In this document: positions 1 through 8,963 of the stretch, piece by piece
Numbering within the stretch: the stretch's first letter is position 1
Layout of the letters: every line of letters begins with the position of its first letter
Virus record (IMG/VR): IMGVR_UViG_3300033067_000820
Location: 1-44,645 of that record
Reading direction: 5' to 3' (one strand)
Length of the DNA: 44,645 bases
DNA from: a virus
Lineage: Duplodnaviria > Caudoviricetes
The notes under the pieces: generated by a model
Seen by the model: only the letters and a program-made list of their open reading frames with translations
The model's database searches: none
What the model was told of the DNA's origin: nothing
Made by a program: the position numbers and the translations under genes

Positions 1-447
1 GTCAGACGCATGAAGCTCGCGTTTCGCAAAGGTCCTGTGCAAGCCCGCCCGCGCCGCGTGTCACACGCTCCGCATTTGGTCCAAGCACGGGTTGCGAAAC
101 TCAAAAAGATCTCGCCACTAAAGCAGCTTCTCAAAGCGCTGCCGGCGCATCCCCTCCCCGATCACAGCAACCTCATAGCGACGGTCAGCTACACCGATTT
201 TGAGCCACGAAAGCACTGCTCAAACATCGTCGCAGAGCACATGCCGTTCAAAGCTGATCGCAAGATTTTCTGTGGCCGCAAGCCGCTCGAGGGCACCCGC
301 TATTGCGAGGATTGCTGCAAGCGCAATTACACCGTGGCGGCTATCGCGCGGCCCTACGTTCACGACAGTAGCAGCGCCGTAAAGCTGGTGATTAAGGCCG
401 AAGCCGCCAAGCACGCGGCCGTCCAAGAATACATGACGACACCCTGA
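1..447 (+). CDS. gcrA: GcrA-like cell-cycle regulator, 5'-truncated by the window edge
   Basis: Frame is open from base 1 (VRRMKL resembles the end of the GcrA HTH). The C-terminal half matches the GcrA Cys pattern: TDFEPRKHCSNIV...IFCGRKPLEGTRYCEDCCKRNY. Confidence 0.65.
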   Translation, partial: VRRMKLAFRKGPVQARPRRVSHAPHLVQARVAKLKKISPLKQLLKALPAHPLPDHSNLIATVSYTDFEPRKHCSNIVAEHMPFKADRKIFCGRKPLEGTRYCEDCCKRNYTVAAIARPYVHDSSSAVKLVIKAEAAKHAAVQEYMTTP

Positions 448-595
448 AACGATGACGGGACCGCTGGTGCCCATCCAGCAGTCCCGTTGGTCGTCGTAGG
501 CCAGCAAAGGACGTGCTGACCATGCAGATACATATAACGGACGTGCGGCCCTCTCGCAACGCGTCAAGAGATTTATCCGCAGCGGAGTGTAGGCA

Positions 596-1417
596 ATGAG
601 CCGCTGGTATCGCCGCTACACCGGAACCGTCAGCGATCCAAAGATCGCTGAAGCGGCGCTCGTGGCCGAATGCTCCAAAGCCGTCGTCATCGCGACTTGG
701 GACATGATCCTTGAGAGCGCGGCGGAGACCAATGAGTCAGGGCAGTTTCGTGCAACGTCGCGCAACGTTGCAGCAACGCTCGGCGAACAGATCGCAACGA
801 TAGATCGCGTGTTTTCTGCGCTCGAAAGCCTCGAAATGATCGAGAACGGCATCGTTCTCGCGTGGTCCAGGCGTCAGTTCCAATCTGACAGCAGCACCGA
901 AAGATCCAGGAAACATCGGGCCTTGAGGAATGGAAACGGCGGCGCAACACCGATGCAACGTTGCGCAACGCCCCCAGATACAGAGACAGATACAGATACA
1001 GAGACAAAGAAAGATGATGTTGGTGAGGGTGCGAGCACGGAAGGGAAGATCAAGTTTCTTCCAGACGGCTACCTCGACCGTCTGACCGAATGCGCAACAA
1101 GGGTATTGGCTGATCCCGTCAACGCCATCGGCCTTACCGACCCGTCCGTTCCGCTAATGTGGCTCCGTGAGGGCTGCGACTTCGACCTCGATGTGATCCC
1201 GGCCGTCACGAAGGTTTCCAAGTCCAGGCGGGTCAAGAACGTCCACAACTGGAATTACTTCTCGCAGGCCGTCTCCAACGCCAAGGCCGCTCGCCTGCAA
1301 GGCTTGCCGCCCGCTACCGCCGAGCGCCCCACCCCATCGTCCGAGCGTAACACCGTCGCTCGAGATCTTCGCGCCCTCATTCGTTCGGGAGAGTTCAATG
1401 TCCAATCCGCTTCTTGA
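596..1417 (+). CDS. Phage replication initiator (lambda O / replisome organizer-like)
   Basis: N-terminal SRWYRRYTGTVSDPK, central STERSRKHR and DTETDTDTET linker typical of lambdoid initiators; internal iteron-like repeats; followed by an overlapping loader-like gene. Confidence 0.75.
   Translation: MSRWYRRYTGTVSDPKIAEAALVAECSKAVVIATWDMILESAAETNESGQFRATSRNVAATLGEQIATIDRVFSALESLEMIENGIVLAWSRRQFQSDSSTERSRKHRALRNGNGGATPMQRCATPPDTETDTDTETKKDDVGEGASTEGKIKFLPDGYLDRLTECATRVLADPVNAIGLTDPSVPLMWLREGCDFDLDVIPAVTKVSKSRRVKNVHNWNYFSQAVSNAKAARLQGLPPATAERPTPSSERNTVARDLRALIRSGEFNVQSAS
752..1010. repeat. Putative replication origin inside the initiator gene
   Basis: GCAAC(G) at 752, 762, 773, 794, 944, 955 and 965; palindrome GCAACGTTGC at 762-771 and 955-964; then CAGA(T/G)A hexamer run and A-rich tract at 975-1010. 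Confidence 0.55.
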
Positions 1418-2009
1418 CCGCCTCGTCGTCGTGTTCGGCCCGCCGCAGTCGGACGACCCGCAAGCCTATCTCCGCGAAGTGCAGAAGCTAATCGCCAAGT
1501 ACACGCCGACCGAACTCGACAAGGCCGCTGACCTGCTCGTCCGTTCAAGCAAGTGGTTCCCGAAACCTGCCGAGATCGCCGTCGCCTGTGCCGACGCTCG
1601 CGAGATGCTGACGCCATCGCAGCCGTTCGACCCCGCTAAGAAGAAAAACCTCGACTGGACGAAAGAAGCGCTCGACCGCGCTGACCGGCTCATCCAGTCC
1701 GACCTTGGACGCCGCGCAGCTGATGAAGGCTGGGTGCTCGCGCTTTGGGACCACTACCGCAAGACACCGCGCCAGCCGAGCCCGAAAGAGATCATCGGTT
1801 TTAAGGCCAAGGCGGATGAATTCAACGAGGCATACCGCGACAGCATGCGCATCGACATCTGCCGCGTGATCGGCTTGCCGAAGCTGGGTGAACTCATCCT
1901 TGCCCGCCGCGCTCAGAAGGCCGCGCTAACGCAAGGCGAGATCATCAGCCGCCGCCTGTCTGACACTGCCATTCGCGGGAAGATGCAGGCCGCAGGAGAC
2001 GGCGCATGA
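1398..2009 (+). CDS. Putative helicase loader / replication protein
   Basis: Overlaps the initiator 3' end; KWFPKPAEI motif typical of phage loader/inhibitor proteins. Confidence 0.5.
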   Translation: MSNPLLDRLVVVFGPPQSDDPQAYLREVQKLIAKYTPTELDKAADLLVRSSKWFPKPAEIAVACADAREMLTPSQPFDPAKKKNLDWTKEALDRADRLIQSDLGRRAADEGWVLALWDHYRKTPRQPSPKEIIGFKAKADEFNEAYRDSMRIDICRVIGLPKLGELILARRAQKAALTQGEIISRRLSDTAIRGKMQAAGDGA

Positions 2010-2191
2010 CCTACTGCCCACACTGCCGGCGCGGAATGACACCGCTGCACATGGCCTCTGCTATGGCGCTGCTCTCAACAATCATCGGCACGTTCGCTGG
2101 TGTTGCTGTTCAGCTTCCAACCGAAGGCGCGGCGCTAGGAATGCTTCACGCTCTCGCGCCCATCGCAGCGCTACTCGAGGAGGCGATCTGA
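2006..2191 (+). CDS. Small hypothetical membrane protein
   Basis: ATGA overlap with the upstream gene, GGAG RBS, N-terminal CPHC and a hydrophobic stretch. Confidence 0.55.
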   Translation: MTYCPHCRRGMTPLHMASAMALLSTIIGTFAGVAVQLPTEGAALGMLHALAPIAALLEEAI

Positions 2192-2325
2192 TGACCTACG
2201 TTGGCGTCGCTGTTGCCGTTGTTGTTGCAATACCGGCATTGCTCTGGATCGGGCTGATGGTCGCTGATTGGCGTACCGATAACTACTGGCGCAAGCGTCT
2301 TGAAGAAGAAGGGAAAGCGAAGTGA
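2191..2325 (+). CDS. Small single-TM hypothetical protein (MTYVGVAVAVVVAIPALLWIG..., 44 aa; not in ORF track)
   Basis: TGATG coupling, GGAGG RBS, exactly fills the gap up to the MTase GTGA overlap. Confidence 0.55.
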   Translation: MTYVGVAVAVVVAIPALLWIGLMVADWRTDNYWRKRLEEEGKAK

Positions 2326-3413
2326 CCATCCGCATCATTAATTCTGACGTGATGGATGGTCTTCGTTCGCTGCCGGATGACTCCGTGCAATGCGTGGTGA
2401 CGTCGCCGCCGTATTGGGGCCTGCGTGACTACGGCGTGGCGGGGCAGATCGGGCTAGAGCCGACGTTCCCGGAGTTTATCGAACGGCTTGTTGCCGTGTT
2501 TGCCGAGGTGCGCCGTGTGCTCCGACCGGATGGCGTGTGCTTCGTCAATATGGGGGATAGCTACGCAACTGGCACCACCGCGAACAGGTCACCAACAACC
2601 ATTGAAGGCGCATCGGTTCCTTCAGGATGGTCAAGCCGCTCGCAATGCGTTCGCCGCCACGCTGACGGCCTCAAGCCCAAAGACCTCATCGGCCAGCCTT
2701 GGCGGCTAGCGTTCGCCCTCCAAGACGCCGGCTGGTGGCTTCGCGGCGATTACATCTGGCACAAGCCCAATCCCATGCCTGAGTCCGTCACCGACCGCTG
2801 CACCAAGGCGCATGAGTACGTGTTCCATCTTACGAAGTCGGAACGGTACTACTGGGATGCTGCAGCGATCCGCGAGATGCGTCGCAGCGACGAAGATGCG
2901 AACGGCTTTCGTGGTGGGAGCTACGTTGGAGGGGAGCCTGGGAAGCGCACGGCGACCGGCAACAAGCGCATGAAGATGCCCGACGGCTGGGACACCGGCA
3001 AAGGCGCGCACGGATCATTTCATAGGGCCGGTAGAGAGAAGGGCAAGCAAGCAGGCCATTCGCGACGCCACGATGGTTTCAACGATCGATGGGATCAAGC
3101 TGAAGATGCCGGACGGATCGCAGATGGTGCCAACCGGCGCACCGTCTGGACCATCGCCACATCCCCCTTCCCCGAAGCGCACTTCGCAACCTTTCCCCCT
3201 GAGCTTCCTGAAATCTGCATCAAGGCGGGATCCAAGCCCGGCGATACGATCCTCGATCCGTTCTCTGGTGCCGGCACAACAGCACTGGTCGCTGATCGCC
3301 TTCAGCGCCACGCCATAGGGATCGAACTAAATCCCGAATACGTCGCGATATCTCAGCGCCGCATCCAGAGTGACCGTGGCGGGCTGCTCGATATCATGGA
3401 GGCAGCAGAATGA
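2322..3413 (+). CDS. Orphan DNA methyltransferase, N4/N6 family, beta class
   Basis: Catalytic VVTSPPY near the N-terminus, WHKPNPMPES, HFATFP, and SAM-binding ILDPFSGAGTT near the C-terminus. Confidence 0.92.
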   Translation: MTIRIINSDVMDGLRSLPDDSVQCVVTSPPYWGLRDYGVAGQIGLEPTFPEFIERLVAVFAEVRRVLRPDGVCFVNMGDSYATGTTANRSPTTIEGASVPSGWSSRSQCVRRHADGLKPKDLIGQPWRLAFALQDAGWWLRGDYIWHKPNPMPESVTDRCTKAHEYVFHLTKSERYYWDAAAIREMRRSDEDANGFRGGSYVGGEPGKRTATGNKRMKMPDGWDTGKGAHGSFHRAGREKGKQAGHSRRHDGFNDRWDQAEDAGRIADGANRRTVWTIATSPFPEAHFATFPPELPEICIKAGSKPGDTILDPFSGAGTTALVADRLQRHAIGIELNPEYVAISQRRIQSDRGGLLDIMEAAE

Positions 3414-3880
3414 TACGCCACGTCATAGCCCTATTGATCGCGACCACCACATCTGCCTGTGCAGGCTGGTGTGATCCTACTCGAGACGAATGCTGGATGA
3501 GGCCCGAGCCTGCGCCGCGTAAGCCGCAGGTCCGGGCGTGGGTGAAGCACGCGCCGCCCAAGGTGATCATCAAGAGGGATGTGGTCACGAGGCCAGAGAA
3601 GCTGGACGACGAGACGCACTGCAAGCCAGCGATCAAATCAGTAGGGGATCAAGCGCTGTCAGAGGAAACGGCGCGAACCGCAGCGGAGAAGCATTGGATG
3701 GCTACCGCCAGATGGTCGGTAGGCGAGCGCTACATGGATTACAAGAACGCCAAGGTGCTCCACAGCGAGTGCTCTCGTTCGTCTGTCCCACCGACCAACG
3801 GCATCGTTGGGCAAGTCCTGCCGAGCGAACACCGCTGCGAGATCATTGCCAGACCGTGCCGTCCAGGATTGGAGAAGTGA
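3410..3880 (+). CDS. Cys-rich exported hypothetical protein (possible lipoprotein)
   Basis: ATGA overlap, GGAGG RBS, signal-like N-terminus MIRHVIALLIATTTSAC. Confidence 0.6.
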   Translation: MIRHVIALLIATTTSACAGWCDPTRDECWMRPEPAPRKPQVRAWVKHAPPKVIIKRDVVTRPEKLDDETHCKPAIKSVGDQALSEETARTAAEKHWMATARWSVGERYMDYKNAKVLHSECSRSSVPPTNGIVGQVLPSEHRCEIIARPCRPGLEK

Positions 3881-3881
3881 G

Positions 3882-4529
3882 ATGCGCCGTCTTGAGCTTT
3901 CAGGTCAACGTTTTGGGCGGCTGGTGGCTATTAGAAACATCGGGATTGATGCGCATGGCCGCAGCATGTGGGCGTGCAGGTGCGATTGCGGCACAGATAT
4001 TTCTGTTGCGGCCTCCGTTCTGAAGCGCAAGCAGCTATCGTGCGGATGTTTGGTTGTCGATATGGCGACCAAGCATGGTGGTTCGGATCACCCGCTCTAT
4101 AAAACGTGGGCGTCGATGATCGAGCGATGCGAGTCGCCAGATAACAAATCATATCATCGGTATGGGGGTCGCGGCATCAAGGTGTGCAAGCGATGGCGCA
4201 AGAATTTTGGCGCGTGGCTCGATGACATGGGAGAGAGACCGTCGCGGAAACACAGCGTTGACCGCATTGACCCCAATGGAAATTATGAGCCGTCTAACTG
4301 TCGGTGGGCTAGCGCAATAGAGCAGCAGCGCAACAGATCAAACAACCTGTTGGTGACTATTGATGGATGCACGCAACCGCTGTCGGCATGGGTTGAGCAT
4401 TACAAGACAAGTTATTTTCGATCTCGCGATCGCATCTTTAAACACGGGTGGGAACCGTTGCGCGCACTGACATTGCCACCCATGCGAAGAGGCCGCGCGT
4501 CGCCAGTGCAGAGGGACAACGGAAAATGA
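3882..4529 (+). CDS. HNH homing-endonuclease-like protein
   Basis: GQRFGRLV...WACRCDCG...SCGC, YGGRGIKVC, SVDRIDPNGNYEPSNCRWA. Start re-assigned to ATG 3882. Confidence 0.85.
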   Translation: MRRLELSGQRFGRLVAIRNIGIDAHGRSMWACRCDCGTDISVAASVLKRKQLSCGCLVVDMATKHGGSDHPLYKTWASMIERCESPDNKSYHRYGGRGIKVCKRWRKNFGAWLDDMGERPSRKHSVDRIDPNGNYEPSNCRWASAIEQQRNRSNNLLVTIDGCTQPLSAWVEHYKTSYFRSRDRIFKHGWEPLRALTLPPMRRGRASPVQRDNGK

Positions 4530-4744
4530 GTATTAAGGCAATGACACTGCTCGTCGGTATCGTCTGCATGATCGTTCCGGCCATCGGCGCATACCTGCAA
4601 ACCGGCGATGTAGAGGACGAAGACGAAGCGGAACAGGCGCTAATGAATTGGATGACCAGCAGGAACCTCGCACAGATGGACATGTCAGACACAACGATAA
4701 GGTTCGGATTACTGCTCATAGCCGTAGCGGTGGTGATGCCATGA
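4526..4744 (+). CDS. Small hypothetical membrane protein
   Basis: ATGA coupling at both ends; two hydrophobic segments. Confidence 0.5.
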   Translation: MSIKAMTLLVGIVCMIVPAIGAYLQTGDVEDEDEAEQALMNWMTSRNLAQMDMSDTTIRFGLLLIAVAVVMP

Positions 4745-4941
4745 CTGGCTTTCAAATCCGCGTCCGCAACGTGCGGCTCAAATCAGACCCATCCGGCAAG
4801 GTCATCATCGCGACGGCCACTAAGAAGATCCCAGGCCGCACCACCAAATCACTCTTCGCGGAAGCAGACCGCGAACAAGCCAAATGGACCAAGCCAGCAG
4901 AGCAATACACCCCCATCCCAGCCAAGGAAACCGACCAATGA
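4741..4941 (+). CDS. Hypothetical protein
   Basis: ATGA-coupled ORF within the operon. Confidence 0.55.
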   Translation: MTGFQIRVRNVRLKSDPSGKVIIATATKKIPGRTTKSLFAEADREQAKWTKPAEQYTPIPAKETDQ

Positions 4942-5066
4942 ACGCAACCAAACTCGCCATGCGCCGCCATATCAACGATTTGCGCAAGCGCGCAGAAGCA
5001 GGGGACGAAGATGCCATCAAGAGCTTGGCCGTTTTCATCCTCATCGCGCCAGACAAGGACAAGTGA
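4938..5066 (+). CDS. Hypothetical protein (42 aa)
   Basis: ATGA overlap, AAGGA RBS. Confidence 0.5.
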   Translation: MNATKLAMRRHINDLRKRAEAGDEDAIKSLAVFILIAPDKDK

Positions 5067-5126
5067 CCTTTACCTCTTCGCCATTGGCGTTGCTCTCATC
5101 ATCATCGGTTCTATCGTGGGGTTCTC

Positions 5127-5366
5127 GTGACGAAGCTAACAATCAGCGACGCGAAAAAGCTGGCGTCTATGCTGGCCGCCGATGGCGTGGCGATTTTCGT
5201 GTTTCGCCATGACCAAGTAGCGAGCGCCAGCTACGGTGCGGACAAGCATCTGTGTAAGAGCATGGCGAAATTCATCGATCGTGTCGTGGACGATTTGGAA
5301 AACGGGAAAATCGACAACCCTCTAGATCACGGCGGGTGCCCGTGGCCGCGCATAACGCAGGAGTGA
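5127..5366 (+). CDS. Hypothetical protein
   Basis: GTG start, operon position, globular-looking sequence. Confidence 0.55.
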   Translation: MTKLTISDAKKLASMLAADGVAIFVFRHDQVASASYGADKHLCKSMAKFIDRVVDDLENGKIDNPLDHGGCPWPRITQE

Positions 5367-5371
5367 CGCAA

Positions 5372-5920
5372 ATGATCTGGCACATCCTAACGACGGCCCC
5401 GCAGCGCGAGTTCGCAGCTCAGGAAGCCCTCAAGCGCCTTGGCCTCTCCACCATGATCCCCGTCGAGTATCGCTGGCACGATGCCCGCAAGGCAGGGCAT
5501 GCAGCCAAGAAGGCCAAGACCGAGAAGGAGGTCCGCGCTCACCCGCTCTGGCCGCGCTACGTGTTCGCGGGCTGCGATCGGTTCATGACCCCTTGGCGGG
5601 AAATCTACTCCCTCAACCACATGGGCCGTCCCCTCATCACGGGGGCGCTCTATCGCAACCGCATGCCCTATGCTCTCAGCCACACCGAACGGCTGCACAT
5701 CGGCGCACTCACCGACATTGCCAAGCCCCAGGTGCCCCCTGACCCCTCCCGCCGTCTTTACCCCGGCGACAAGGTCCGCATCACTGATGGGCCGTTCTCA
5801 GGCTACGTCGCCACCGTCCACCGAACAGCCAAGAATGGCGAGTCCGTTAGGGTTATGGTAGCGCTGTTCCAATCTCTTGCAGAAGCAACGGTGCCAGTGG
5901 CAATGGTGGAGGCGGCGTGA
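5372..5920 (+). CDS. NusG/RfaH-family transcription antiterminator
   Basis: N-terminal WHILTTAPQRE, PLWPRYVF (NGN domain) and KOW motif PGDKVRITDGPFSGYVATV; AGGAG RBS before ATG 5372; sits at the early/late boundary like lambda Q. Confidence 0.85.
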   Translation: MIWHILTTAPQREFAAQEALKRLGLSTMIPVEYRWHDARKAGHAAKKAKTEKEVRAHPLWPRYVFAGCDRFMTPWREIYSLNHMGRPLITGALYRNRMPYALSHTERLHIGALTDIAKPQVPPDPSRRLYPGDKVRITDGPFSGYVATVHRTAKNGESVRVMVALFQSLAEATVPVAMVEAA

Positions 5921-6079
5921 CATGTAGATAGCGCGCGGGCAAAGCTCACGCCGGACGAGATCAAAGCGATCATGGCAGCTAGGTACGGTTAGGCTGTTGC
6001 CATCCCGACTCTCACCCGCCCCATCTGTGCAAAAGTCAAGCCGCAACGGTTGATAAATCTACGCAAATCAGCCTAAGCA

Positions 6080-6096
6080 GGTCCAAAGGACACCCG
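6080..6096 (+). promoter_or_regulatory. GGYCC-loop-GGACACCCG element, copy 1
   Basis: GGTCC-AAA-GGACACCCG; the same 9-mer occurs at 10514 and 16421. Confidence 0.4.
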
Positions 6097-6378
6097 CCTC
6101 TAGCCAACAGGTCGCGTAGCCGTTGGCAGACACGGCCCGGATCTCCCCTGAGATCGCAAAGCCGGAATTGCGCCCTGACCTCCGAAGCTGACCGGCTAGC
6201 CGCCTTTATCGAAGGCATCTGGGCCATCATCCAAACCCGCCGGCCGGAACTCCCCGACCTCGACATCGAGGCCATCCGTCACGAGCAGGACCTAGAGCAC
6301 CTAGCCGCTTCCGCCGTCGTTGTGGCCGATATCCTCGTCCCGCGGCGGTTCGTCCATTTCACGTTTCACTAAAGCGGG

Positions 6379-6404
6379 ACGGCCCTAGGTTTCCCCAGGG
6401 CCGT
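6379..6404. terminator. GC-rich hairpin, possible terminator in the late leader
   Basis: ACGGCCCT/AGGGCCGT 8-bp stem; weak U-tract. Confidence 0.4.
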
Positions 6405-6531
6405 TAGACGAGATCAAACTTGTACGCGGAACGCTGACGCTCACTCGCTTTCCAGAATGTATGCCCGCGTTTGAGGGCGGAACTATGTCCCAACCCTTAA
6501 CGCCTCACAACAACAACCGGAGCATACGCGC

Positions 6532-7104
6532 ATGCGCCGTTACAATATCCCCCGTGCCGCAGCCCTCGCCGCGGCCATCGCCTGCATCGCTGGTGGCCTC
6601 ATTGCCAGCGCACACGCCGCTGATAAGGGTGGCCCGGCCGAACCGCCGAAGGTCATCGACGCCCAAGGCAATGAAAAGGCGCTCTTCACGGGCTGCTATG
6701 GTCAGGTCGGCGGGTCCGGCTTCTTCGCTGATGGCAACAACACCACCAAGGGATTCCTGATCGGTGCAGGCTGCGATTGGCAGCTGAGCGGCATCGTGAT
6801 TGGTCTCAATGGCAAGTATGGCCTGTACGAAGAGGACGCCCGGTCGCTCACGGTTGGTGGCCGTCTCGGCTACACCCTCAATCCGCACACCCTGTTCTAC
6901 GCCCATGCGGGCGCTCTGATGGACGGCAAGAGCCCATCCCTCAAAGATTCCGCGATCTACGGCGGGCTTGGCCTCGAGACCTACGTCAATCGCAATATCA
7001 CGTTGTTCTTCGAAGGATCGACCGACTTGCAGAAGTGGGGCGACGCCAAGATGATGCCCTCCATCTACGAGATCAACGCCGGTATACGGTTCCGGCTGAA
7101 CTAA
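6532..7104 (+). CDS. Outer-membrane beta-barrel protein (Omp25/RopB/Lom-like), lysogenic-conversion type
   Basis: Signal peptide ending AHA-AD, FTGCYGQVGG, GGRLGY, GLGLETYV, alternating beta pattern, C-terminal AGIRFRLN. Confidence 0.8.
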   Translation: MRRYNIPRAAALAAAIACIAGGLIASAHAADKGGPAEPPKVIDAQGNEKALFTGCYGQVGGSGFFADGNNTTKGFLIGAGCDWQLSGIVIGLNGKYGLYEEDARSLTVGGRLGYTLNPHTLFYAHAGALMDGKSPSLKDSAIYGGLGLETYVNRNITLFFEGSTDLQKWGDAKMMPSIYEINAGIRFRLN

Positions 7105-7144
7105 CGCGTGCTTGCGTCTCCAATCGCCCTTACGGAGACATCAC

Positions 7145-8245
7145 ATGATTAAGACCTTCATCCAGAACCGCTATCGCTCCTACACGCCAGACGGAAAGTT
7201 CTGGGTGACGGTCGGCGCGCTCGTGCTCATGGTCGATATGGCTATTGCGTACTGCGCTGGCGCTACGGTCACCATCTGGCACGGGCTCGGCTTTGCTGGC
7301 TGCGCCCTTGCCTTCGCGTTCCTGCCCGATGCTGCCTATGAGGAATACGGCCACGGCCGCTATGCTTCGGCGCTCGTGCTCGCAGTCCTTTGCGCTCCCA
7401 TCGGAATCCAAGCCTATCAGCAGCAGCTTACCTACTCGGCTGGCATGCGCACTGGCGACATCCAGCAGACCAAGGTGCAGAACGTCAAGCATGAAACCGC
7501 AAACGCTCAGGTTAAGTCTGAGAAGGCCAATCTTGAGCTCTTGCGGGGCCAGCTCGCCACCAAGACAAAGGAATACGAGGGGCTGAAGGAAGCATCGCCG
7601 TTCGTAACCACCATCGACATCACCGGGCTTGAGGGTGAGAAGAAGCTTAAGGAAGACCAGCTTGCCCGTGAAGAAAAGACGGGCCGTGCTGGCCGTAAGG
7701 CTGGCTGCGGCGCGGTCTGCGAGCAGTTGAAGGTTGATGTTGCTGACGTCACCAAGCGCATCGGTGCCGCCAAGCGGTTCAATGAACTTGCCAATGACAT
7801 GACGAAGCTGAAGGACGACATTAAGCGCATCCAAGACGCCATTGACAAAAAGGTCGATACGGCAGGCAAGACCGAATACAAGTCGTCGGTCATCGCTAAC
7901 GTCGCCGCTATCAACGCACAGTTGGTCAAGCTCATCGGTGGCGCGAGCGCCGCGGAAGCCGTGCAGGTTGACGAAGTGGCGATGAATTACGCTAACGTCG
8001 CCAGTGCTGGCCTTGGTTCGCTTGCCCTTCTGATCCTTGCGCCGATTGCCTTCTTCCTTGCAGGCCGTCGCCGCATCAAGATCGAAGAGGAGCCCGCGTC
8101 CGTCGCACCGCTCGCAACTACCGCATGGCATGTCAAGCCAGCCCCGGTGAAGCCCCAGACCGTCATCCAGCGCCTTGAAGGTCTCATCCCCGTTCGCAAC
8201 CCAGAAACCCTTGAGATCGTAAACCGCAAGGTGCAGACTGCATGA
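7145..8245 (+). CDS. Membrane-anchored coiled-coil protein (DUF4407-like)
   Basis: Three N-terminal TM segments, long coiled coil with EEKTGRAGRKAGCGAVC, C-terminal TM; GGAG RBS before ATG 7145. Confidence 0.6.
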   Translation: MIKTFIQNRYRSYTPDGKFWVTVGALVLMVDMAIAYCAGATVTIWHGLGFAGCALAFAFLPDAAYEEYGHGRYASALVLAVLCAPIGIQAYQQQLTYSAGMRTGDIQQTKVQNVKHETANAQVKSEKANLELLRGQLATKTKEYEGLKEASPFVTTIDITGLEGEKKLKEDQLAREEKTGRAGRKAGCGAVCEQLKVDVADVTKRIGAAKRFNELANDMTKLKDDIKRIQDAIDKKVDTAGKTEYKSSVIANVAAINAQLVKLIGGASAAEAVQVDEVAMNYANVASAGLGSLALLILAPIAFFLAGRRRIKIEEEPASVAPLATTAWHVKPAPVKPQTVIQRLEGLIPVRNPETLEIVNRKVQTA

Positions 8246-8373
8246 TCTGGCAACTGTTGGAAGCCCTCGCAAATCCGACAGAATGGGCGGTCACATTCAA
8301 GGGGGGCGAACTCACCATCGCCCCCATCTCTGAAGTCAAAGGCCGTCTGATCGAAAGGCAGTTGGTGAAGTAA
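8242..8373 (+). CDS. Small hypothetical protein (MIWQLLEALANPTEW...)
   Basis: ATGA-coupled 43-aa ORF not in the track. Confidence 0.4.
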   Translation: MIWQLLEALANPTEWAVTFKGGELTIAPISEVKGRLIERQLVK

Positions 8374-8437
8374 TGGTCCCGTGCCCTCCACCGCCGCCTA
8401 CGCTCGACGAATACTTAGCCGGAAAGCCGTTCCCCAA

Positions 8438-8695
8438 ATGACCGACCTCATCAGTCAGCTTTTCGACATCGCGACGAACGAAGAGTTTTCGCCGGATCAG
8501 CGTAAGGCTCTGATGGAGATTGCTTTGGATGACTGGTATCTCAAGGGTGCCGTGGTCGTGTCCGTTGAGGCCAAGGCGTCCGATGCGGTCCCGCCGTCCA
8601 TCAACATCGACGCTGCTCTTGGCCGTCACCTGACCAAAGAAACCCTACCCAACGGCGGCATCCGCTTTGGCCTCGCTTCAGTTCCCTCCAAGTAA
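8438..8695 (+). CDS. Hypothetical protein
   Basis: ORF in operon orientation; start placed at ATG 8438. Confidence 0.5.
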   Translation: MTDLISQLFDIATNEEFSPDQRKALMEIALDDWYLKGAVVVSVEAKASDAVPPSINIDAALGRHLTKETLPNGGIRFGLASVPSK

Positions 8696-8963
8696 CTACC
8701 GCATCAAGACGGCAGGCCGCGGCTGGACTTTCATCCTAAACCGCCTCGGCTTCGTCGGCATAACTCTCCCCACCCGCACCATCTACATCCACCCGTCACA
8801 CGTCGGGCAGCAATGGCTCATCAATCACGAGATGGCCCACATCGCCCAAATAGACCGCGACGGACCCCTAAAGTTCTGGCCTAAGATCCTGGCCGACTAT
8901 TTCATCCACGGTCACAAGAACAGCCCCTACGAAATTGAGGCCCGACGCTATGAAGCCCAATGA
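8667..8963 (+). CDS. Small zincin-like metallopeptidase-domain protein (DUF4157-like)
   Basis: GITLP...IYI...LINHEMAHIAQ...SPYEIEAR (HExxH plus downstream E). Confidence 0.7.
   Translation: MASLQFPPSNYRIKTAGRGWTFILNRLGFVGITLPTRTIYIHPSHVGQQWLINHEMAHIAQIDRDGPLKFWPKILADYFIHGHKNSPYEIEARRYEAQ

Noticed and set aside
975-1007. Hexamer microsatellite as a phase-variation tract
   Set aside because: The unit is a multiple of three and encodes the DTETDT linker common in phage initiators.
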